Positions 38,384 to 44,806 of a DNA stretch of 44,806 nucleotides are shown in pieces. How positions within the stretch are numbered: position 1 is the stretch's first letter; each line of letters starts with the position of its first letter. A program made the position numbers and the translations under genes. The notes under the pieces are model-generated. The model made no database searches. It saw only the letters and a list, made by a program, of their open reading frames with translations, and had not been told where the DNA came from. This stretch comes from Candidatus Eiseniibacteriota bacterium (GTDB lineage: Bacteria; Eisenbacteria; RBG-16-71-46; CAZEPH01). The DNA is taken from NCBI GenBank assembly GCA_044229145.1, contig JBGATO010000030.1, forward strand, positions 1-44,806, read 5' to 3'.

Positions 38384-39537
38384 CTACCGTGTGAACACGA
38401 CTCGCGTGGTCGCGGCGATGCCCCGTCCCTCCAGCCGCAGCGCGTAGACGCCGCGCGGCAGCGCGCGGCCGCATCGTCGCGGCCGTCCCACCGCAGTTGC
38501 AGCGCCTGGGCGCCCCGCAGCCGCGCGCCGGCGAGCAGCGTGCGCGCCGCGCGGCGGGCGGCATCTCGTAGGCCCGCAAAGTGACTGACGTGTCGTCCCG
38601 GGACGCGGAACTGGACCGTCGTACCACGCTGCGCACCGGGTTGGGCGCGCATGCCAGCCCGACCTGCACCGCCGCTCGGATTCACCCGGCGACACCGCAA
38701 CGGGTACGTCGACCGTGCCAGTAGTTGAATCCCGTCGCACCGCCGATCAGGTCGATGTACGCACCGGCGGCAGCGGGATCTCCTGATTGTTCGCGTCGTA
38801 GGTAGCATGCCCCGTGATGCCGAGCCACTTCAGGGTGTGCAGGAAGTCCGCGGTGGCGGAGGCATGCGCGGCGGCGAACGGCATGTAGAACTTCGACACC
38901 ATCGTGGACGCGCTCGCCTGGAAGAGCAGGTCGTATGTGTTCTGGTTGGGGAGCGTAGGCCGCCGGCAATCGGTTCCCAGGCGCCCGACTGAGTCTGCGC
39001 ATCCACGTCGTCCGACTTGCTGCCCTCTCCGCTGGCATCGGCGATCGTGTAGAAGTAGCTGAGCGAGGCCTGCGCCGACGGAAGTGCCGGACCGCCCTTG
39101 GATGCGGTGACGCTGCCCGCGACCCCAATCACGAAGTCGAACACCACGTGCGTGGAGTTCCATTGGTCGTAGCGTGCGTTCCAGGTCTCCCAGTCGGGCG
39201 CGATGGGCTCCTGCAGGCTGCCGTTGGCGACGGAACTCCAGTAGATGCCGTTCCAGTCGCCATCGGATCCCTGGCTGTACGACGCGCTCGTTCCCAGGGA
39301 AAGGAGTCCGGCCGCAGCGACCGCTTGCGTCGTGAGGTGGGCGTTGTGGGTGACGTCGCTGTACTGCCCTTCGGTGCTGGACGTGGTCGCGGACGCATTG
39401 GTCGACACGCAGCCACAGGAGCCGCTCATGATCGAGATCTGTCCGGAGGTGGCGACGCCGATGTCGGCGACGGCGGGCACGTGATGGAGGAGAGCGACGA
39501 GGAGCAGGACGCAGGCGGAGACGCGGAGAGGGCGCAT
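38384..39537 (-). pseudogene. Secreted CTD-tailed protein gene broken by about 8 frameshifts (pseudogene or assembly indels)
   Basis: Signal peptide MRPLRVSACVLLLVALLHHVPAVA. Coherent protein fragments continue across frames to APNPVRS, LRWDGRDD and RGVYALRL...TRVVFTR-stop at 38384. Confidence 0.75.
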
Positions 39538-39626
39538 GACGGGGCTCCTGGTGTGCGAGGCATCACGTGGACGGTTGGCGCGAGGCCTCGCTGAGGAATG
39601 AGAGTGGGAGAGTCTGGAGCCCCTTC

Positions 39627-39656
39627 ACTGTAGGGAAGGCCGGCGGGGCCGGTCAA
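39627..39656 (-). promoter_or_regulatory. Putative sigma70 promoter for the frameshifted gene
   Basis: TTGACC-N18-TACAGT. AGGAG SD before ATG 39537. Confidence 0.55.
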
Positions 39657-39672
39657 GCGCACCGCACATGCA

Positions 39673-39703
39673 CGAAGGGCGGGAGTTGATCTCCCGCCCT
39701 TCG
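39673..39703 (-). terminator. Terminator-like hairpin after adhesin-like gene B
   Basis: CGAAGGGCGGGAG-TTGAT-CTCCCGCCCTTCG perfect 13-bp stem. Confidence 0.72.
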
Positions 39704-39740
39704 GCTGTCGTGTCACGAAGCGCGCGTGGCGCGCTACGCC

Positions 39741-42700
39741 TTACGGCAGGTACGTCACCCGCGCGCTGGTGTGCTCGCGCGTGCCATCGATGCGCACGAC
39801 GTACACGCCGGCCGCGAGCGCGGCACCGCCGTCACCGTGACCGTCCCAGCGGATGCTGGAGTAGCCCGGTTGCACCGACTGCGCCGGCAACGACGCAACG
39901 CGACGGCCCTTGGTGTCCCACACGCTGACCTGCAGCGTCTGGGCCTTCGGCGAACCGATGACCAGTTCCGCGCGGTGCGCGAACGGGTTCGGCAGCACGC
40001 CGGCCACCGCGAGCTTCGTCGGCGCTGGCAGACCCGCAGTGAAGACCGCGACCGGGTCGGCCTCGAACGACGCGTCGATGGTGTGGTTCGCCACCACGCC
40101 GTTGAACGTGTAGCTGCTCACCGCGCCGACGCTGCCACCGTCCACGAGCACATCGAGGATGTGGTAGCCACCGTCCGGCGTGATGGTGAAGACGGCGTTG
40201 TCGCCATTGTTGACCACCACCGCGCCGCTTGGCGCGATGCTGCCGCCCGCGCCCGCCGTCGCCGTGATCGTCCACGTGTCGATCGCGAACGTCGCGTCGA
40301 TCGTGTGGTCGGTGGTGACACCGAAGAACGTGTACGACGCGACGGCGCCCACGCTGCCGCCGTCCACCACCACGTCGACGATGTGGTAGCCGGCGTCCGG
40401 CGTGATGGCGAACGCCTGGTCCGCGCCATCCGCCACCGCCACCGCGCCGCTCGGGCTGATTGAACCGCCCGCGCCCGCCGTCGCCGTGATGGTGTGGCCC
40501 ACCGGCGCGAACGTCGCGTCGATGGTGTGGTTGGCGGTCACGTTCGAGAACGTGTAAACGCCCACCGCGCCGACGCTCACGCCGTCGACGAGCACATCCG
40601 CGATGACGTAGCCCACGTTACCGATGATGGTGAACATCTGCGAGTCGCCGTTGTTCACGACGACGCTGCCGCTCGGCGCGATGCTGCCGCCGGCGCCCGC
40701 CGTCGCCACGATTGTCCACGTGTCGATGGCGAACGACGCATCGATGGTGTGGTTCGTGGTGACGCCGAGGAAGGTGTACGACGTCACGGCACCCACGCTC
40801 ACGCCGTCGACGAGCACGTCGGCGATGTGGTAGCCGGCGTCCGCCGCGATGCTGAAGCTCTGGTCAGCGCCGCTGGTCACGTTCACCGCGCCGCTCGGGC
40901 TGATCGAGCCGCCCGCGCCCGCCGTCGCCGTGATGGTCAACACGTCGATGGCGAACGACGCCGCGATGGTGTGGTTGGCGGTCACGTTCGAGAACGTGTA
41001 CGACGTCACCGCGCCGACGCTCACGCCGTCCACCAGGACGTCCGCGATGTGGTAGTTGGCGTTGGCGGCGATCGCGAAGCCCTGCGAGCCGCCCGAGTTC
41101 ACCACCACCGCGCCGTTCGGCGTGATGGTGCCGTTGGGATCGGCGCTCGCGGTGATCGTGAACGTGTCGATCGCGAACGACGCGCTGATCGTGTGGTTCG
41201 CCTGCACGTTGGTGAACAGGTAGTTCGACACCGCGCCGACGCTCACGCCGTCGACCAGCACGTCGGCGATGTGGTAGCCGGGATCGGCGGCGATGCTGTA
41301 CGCCTGGCCGCCGCCGTAGTTCACCACGGTCGCGCCGTTCGGCGAGATCGACCCACCGGCGCCCGCCGACGCGGTGATCGTGTACGTGTTGATCGCGTAC
41401 GTCGCGGTGATCGTGTGGTTCGCCTGCACGTTGGTGAACGTGTAGGTGGCCGGTGTGCCGACGCTGCCGCCGTCGACGGTGACGTCGCTCAGGTGCGAAC
41501 CGGCGAGCGCCGCCATGGTGAAGGTCTGGTTGGCGCCCTGCACCACCGACACCACGCCGCTCGGGCTGATGGTGCCGCCGCCCACCGCCGACGCGGTGAT
41601 CGAGAACGTGGTGACCGTCGGCACCTTCGCCCAGTACGTGGCCCAGCGGCTCGAGTTCGAGCCGGTGTTGCCGTCGTCGGTGCCGGTGCGGTTCTTGGCG
41701 TACTCCTGCAGGGCCCACAGCGAGTTGTCGTCGCTCGGGTCCACTTGCGCGGTCGAGAAGTCACCCCAGCGGTTGCGGCCGGTCGCCGTGCTGAAGGTCT
41801 TGTGGTAGTAGTCCTCGCCGGACTTGTAGATGTACGCGTCGCGGATGGTGCCTGGCGCGTCGCTGGCGTACTTGATCGCGTAGCCGGCCGACGGGTGCTG
41901 CGCCGACGAGAACTGCGTGAAGGCGAGCATCATGTCGCCGGCGCCGTTCACCGCGATGTGCACGTTGTCGTACCACTTGCCACCGTTGGTCGACGTCGCC
42001 GTCGGGTCCTCGAGACGGCCGCCGTCGAGGTAGGCGCCACGCGCCACGCCGACCGAGTTCACCTTCGTCCACTGCACGCCGGTGTGCGTCAACGTGCCCG
42101 ACGGCAATCCGACAGTCTGCGAGTACCAGATTGCGTTGCTGCGCCACACCGGCGCCGAGCGCGCGTAGGCATCCTGCGTCTCGGCGGGGCACGGCGATCC
42201 GGCGCACGCGCTGGTGCCGGAGTTCGGCGCGCTCTGCGGCTGGATGTTGCCGCTCGGCTGCGTCCAGCCGCCGCCCGGACGGGTGAGCGTCGCGCCCGAG
42301 GTGTACACCGCGGATCCCACGGTGCCGGCGATGAAGTCGACGGCGTAGGTGCCGCCGCTGCTGCTGATGTGCTGCACCAGGTACAGCGTGTCCTGCGTCG
42401 TCGAGTACGTGAGGCACGGCGAAGTGCAGAAGCGCGACGTGCTGAGGGCGAAGTTCTGCGACGAGCCGGTGCCGGTGCGCGCCGCCGCGTAATTGACCGC
42501 CAGCGCGTAGACGCCCTGGCCGACGCCTGACGAGCTGTAGCGGTTGATCGTCACGCCGATCCAGTTCTTGTTGAAGCCGAGGATCGGGTAGTCGAGCTGC
42601 GACGTCGCGGACGGCTGGAAGGCGTACTGGTACCAGGCGCCCTGCGGGTCGCTGGTCTGCGACACCGCGACCAGCACCTTGCCACCGACGCCGATCGTCT

Positions 42701-43385
42701 GCATCACGGCGATGAAGCAGTTGTTGTACGGGTCGTAGGCCATACGCGGGTCGGTAAGCGCGGCACGCTCGCTGACCAGCGTCACCGCCGCCCAGAACGT
42801 CGCCGTGCCCAACGTCTGCAAGACGGCCCCGGTGGCCTTGTCGAGGATGCGGTAGTTGTTGTTCGAGCCCTGCATGACCTTGGTCGGGCCGATCGCGCCG
42901 GAGACGTCCGGCGGGATGACGATATAGTTCGAGTCCACCATCGCGATGTCGTCGAGGCCGGCGAACGCGAGCGACGGCGCCGGCGACGCCGCGAACGGCA
43001 CGAACGGCGGCGGTGTCACCGCGTTGTTCACCGGGCCGCCCGGCTGGTCCGGACCGCCGGACTCCTCGCCGGACTCGTTGCCTTCGACCCAGCGCGGACG
43101 TGCCGGGACGAGACCGCGGAACGCACCCGCAGCTTCCTTGCGCGCCATCTCGTCGAAATTCATGCGACCGCTCGCCAGCGACAGAAGCGTCGTGCCGTTG
43201 ACGGTGAGGTCGGTGGTCTGTGGTGTCGCAGCCGTGCGGTTGCGATCGCGATCGCGGTCGCGGTCGCGGTCCGCCGCCCCGGCAAGCGCCGGGAAGGCCA
43301 TCAGGACGAGCACTGCCCACAAACCCAGCGAGCGCCATCCGGTCGAGGCGCGGCGCGGTGAGGCAATTCGAGTGCGGAACATCAT
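39741..43385 (-). CDS. Large secreted adhesin-like protein B (paralog of A): N-terminal domain + 7 x 74-aa repeats + FlgD-Ig/CTD
   Basis: GGAGG SD and signal peptide. PPDVSGAIGP, TDPRMAYD, DYPILGFN, RWGDFS..VDPSD..W..QEY. Tail PNPF...DTKGRRVASL...WDG...AGVYVVRI...RVTYLP. Confidence 0.88.
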   Translation of the reverse strand: MMFRTRIASPRRASTGWRSLGLWAVLVLMAFPALAGAADRDRDRDRDRNRTAATPQTTDLTVNGTTLLSLASGRMNFDEMARKEAAGAFRGLVPARPRWVEGNESGEESGGPDQPGGPVNNAVTPPPFVPFAASPAPSLAFAGLDDIAMVDSNYIVIPPDVSGAIGPTKVMQGSNNNYRILDKATGAVLQTLGTATFWAAVTLVSERAALTDPRMAYDPYNNCFIAVMQTIGVGGKVLVAVSQTSDPQGAWYQYAFQPSATSQLDYPILGFNKNWIGVTINRYSSSGVGQGVYALAVNYAAARTGTGSSQNFALSTSRFCTSPCLTYSTTQDTLYLVQHISSSGGTYAVDFIAGTVGSAVYTSGATLTRPGGGWTQPSGNIQPQSAPNSGTSACAGSPCPAETQDAYARSAPVWRSNAIWYSQTVGLPSGTLTHTGVQWTKVNSVGVARGAYLDGGRLEDPTATSTNGGKWYDNVHIAVNGAGDMMLAFTQFSSAQHPSAGYAIKYASDAPGTIRDAYIYKSGEDYYHKTFSTATGRNRWGDFSTAQVDPSDDNSLWALQEYAKNRTGTDDGNTGSNSSRWATYWAKVPTVTTFSITASAVGGGTISPSGVVSVVQGANQTFTMAALAGSHLSDVTVDGGSVGTPATYTFTNVQANHTITATYAINTYTITASAGAGGSISPNGATVVNYGGGQAYSIAADPGYHIADVLVDGVSVGAVSNYLFTNVQANHTISASFAIDTFTITASADPNGTITPNGAVVVNSGGSQGFAIAANANYHIADVLVDGVSVGAVTSYTFSNVTANHTIAASFAIDVLTITATAGAGGSISPSGAVNVTSGADQSFSIAADAGYHIADVLVDGVSVGAVTSYTFLGVTTNHTIDASFAIDTWTIVATAGAGGSIAPSGSVVVNNGDSQMFTIIGNVGYVIADVLVDGVSVGAVGVYTFSNVTANHTIDATFAPVGHTITATAGAGGSISPSGAVAVADGADQAFAITPDAGYHIVDVVVDGGSVGAVASYTFFGVTTDHTIDATFAIDTWTITATAGAGGSIAPSGAVVVNNGDNAVFTITPDGGYHILDVLVDGGSVGAVSSYTFNGVVANHTIDASFEADPVAVFTAGLPAPTKLAVAGVLPNPFAHRAELVIGSPKAQTLQVSVWDTKGRRVASLPAQSVQPGYSSIRWDGHGDGGAALAAGVYVVRIDGTREHTSARVTYLP
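40056..41609 (-). repeat. Seven tandem 222-bp (74 aa) coding repeats
   Basis: Same consensus as in gene A. 1554 bp = 7 x 222. Confidence 0.92.
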
Positions 43386-43610
43386 GGAACCTCCAAGATC
43401 ATGCAGGTCGCACGAGGCGCGCGGACGGAGAGGAGTCGCCCAAGAGTCACGGGAATTGGATCGCCACGAAAGCCGGGTGGACGCGGCCGTACGGCGGCAG
43501 TTAGGGAATTGCGGGGAAGCTAAGCAAGAATTGTCGCAGATTTTCCCGTGCCGACCTAGCGGAATTGGGAGGTCAGCCGTGGGGCGGGGAGAACTGCGCG
43601 GCTTCGACCT

Positions 43611-44489
43611 CTAGCGCGTCTCGGCGGCGACTCGCGCGGCATAGGCCACCTGCAACTCACGCGTCACCGGGCCCGGCGTGCCGCGACCGATGGCCGCGCC
43701 GTCGAGCTGGATGATCGGCACGACCTCGCGCACGCTGCCGGTCATCAAGCACTCGTCGGCGTCGCGGAGCGTGGCCAGCTCGAAGTGCCCCTCCTGCACC
43801 GGCAGTCCGAGGGCCTGTGCGCATTCGAGCACGACGGTGCGCGTCACACCGCCGAGGCAACCGCAGTCGAGCGACGGCGTGCACAAGACGCCGCCCCGCA
43901 CGAAGAACAAGTTGGCGGCCGAGAACTCGGACAATCGGCCGTCGACCGTGCAGAGGAGCGCTTCGTCGGCGCCGGCGCGCGCCGCGGCCGCGCGGGCTGC
44001 CAGGGAGAGCGGTGCCGCCGTCACCTTCACGCCGCTGAGTGGCGAGCGCGGATCGCGGCGCACTTCCGGCACCGTGATGGCAATCGCGCCCACCGCGTGG
44101 AACTGCGACCAGTCGGCCGGGGCGTGGGCCGCGACATGGAGCGCGCTGGCTTCGCCGCCGGCGCGCTCCGTGCCGCCGGCGCCGAGCGGCGGCGCCGCGA
44201 CCTCGCCGCTGGCGTAGAGCGACAGGCGCACCGCGGCGTCGCGCAGATGGTTCGCCGCGCAGGTGGCGGCGACGGCGGCTTCGGCGACCGCCGCGTCGCA
44301 CGGTGCCAGCCCCAACGTGCGCGCCGACGCCGCGAAGCGTTCGAGGTGCGCCGCCAGGCGGAAGGCGCCGCCCTCGTAGACGCGCACCGTCTCGTAGCAG
44401 CCGAGCCCGTACTGCACGCCGCGGGCATGCACCGCGAGCCGCGCGTCCTCCGCCGCGACCAGGCCGTCGATCCACCACACCTGGCTCAT
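43611..44489 (-). CDS. Class IV PLP aminotransferase (PabC/IlvE-like; likely aminodeoxychorismate lyase)
   Basis: RGVQYGLGCYETVRVY, HLERF..SA, putative PLP lysine in SGVKVT, DEALL, E.SAANLFFV, LGGVTR, ADECLMTGS. ATGA overlap with the pabB-like gene. Confidence 0.85.
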   Translation of the reverse strand: MSQVWWIDGLVAAEDARLAVHARGVQYGLGCYETVRVYEGGAFRLAAHLERFAASARTLGLAPCDAAVAEAAVAATCAANHLRDAAVRLSLYASGEVAAPPLGAGGTERAGGEASALHVAAHAPADWSQFHAVGAIAITVPEVRRDPRSPLSGVKVTAAPLSLAARAAAARAGADEALLCTVDGRLSEFSAANLFFVRGGVLCTPSLDCGCLGGVTRTVVLECAQALGLPVQEGHFELATLRDADECLMTGSVREVVPIIQLDGAAIGRGTPGPVTRELQVAYAARVAAETR

Positions 44490-44806
44490 CGCGGCGCGGC
44501 CTCCGTGGCGGCGGCGTCGCGCGCCGCGTCGTCCAGCGAGGCACCGAGCGCGCGGGCGAGCGCGCGGCCCTTCACGAGCGTCTCTTCGTACTCTTCGTCG
44601 GCGCGTGAGTCGGCGACGATGCCGCCGCCCACCCACAAGTGCGCGACATCGTCCTGCACCACGAGCGTGCGGATGGCGATGTTGAGATCGCAGTCGCCAC
44701 CCCAGCCGAACCAGCCGATCGCGCCGGTGTAGACGCCGCGGCGCACCGGCTCGAGCGCCTCGATGATCTCCATCGCGCGCAGCTTCGGCGCGCCGGTGAT
44801 CGAGCC
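44486..44806 (-). CDS. pabB: Chorismate-binding enzyme C-terminus (PabB/TrpE family), partial
   Basis: GSITGAPKLRAMEIIEALEPVRRGVYTGAIG...DLNIAIRT...GGGIVADS...EYEETLVK. The adjacent class IV aminotransferase favours pabB over trpE. Confidence 0.8.
   Translation of the reverse strand, partial: GSITGAPKLRAMEIIEALEPVRRGVYTGAIGWFGWGGDCDLNIAIRTLVVQDDVAHLWVGGGIVADSRADEEYEETLVKGRALARALGASLDDAARDAAATEAAPR

Noticed and set aside
34131..41609. Regular direct repeats as a CRISPR array or DGR template/variable repeats
   Set aside because: The units are 222-bp in-frame coding repeats with no spacers, and no cas or reverse transcriptase gene is present.
32604..44806. Genomic island inserted between folate-related genes ygfZ and pabBC
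   Set aside because: No integrase, tRNA or flanking direct repeats are seen. The two folate-related loci are on opposite strands, so the association may be coincidental.

Overview
GC-rich bacterial window of about 25 genes. The abundance of secreted proteins with FlgD-Ig/T9SS-CTD-like tails suggests an FCB-related candidate lineage such as Eisenbacteria (inference only). Left arm: pyrimidine/nucleoside salvage genes (beta-ureidopropionase-like nitrilase, udk, tdk, BMP lipoprotein, ABC ATPase with no permeases), interrupted by an orphan chemoreceptor and a STAS-like gene. Middle: a swivel-first LeuD-LeuC-like aconitase fusion, a TolB-like propeller, a GT-C-like membrane protein, an AlkZ/HTH_42-like protein with a non-canonical motif, a TPR-CHAT protease whose signal peptide is out of frame, and an M28-PA-PDZ peptidase. 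Right arm: ygfZ-like and pabB/pabC-like genes. The dominant signal is eight unrelated or paralogous secreted proteins that all end in the same ~70-95 aa C-terminal domain. They are a GH-A-like hydrolase, a Cys-rich 1100 aa protein, three tandem 12-blade Kelch proteins, two paralogous 74-aa-repeat adhesin-like proteins, and one gene hidden by about 8 frameshifts. This pattern is consistent with a dedicated CTD-dependent export/sorting system. No rRNA, tRNA, CRISPR array or transposase was seen.
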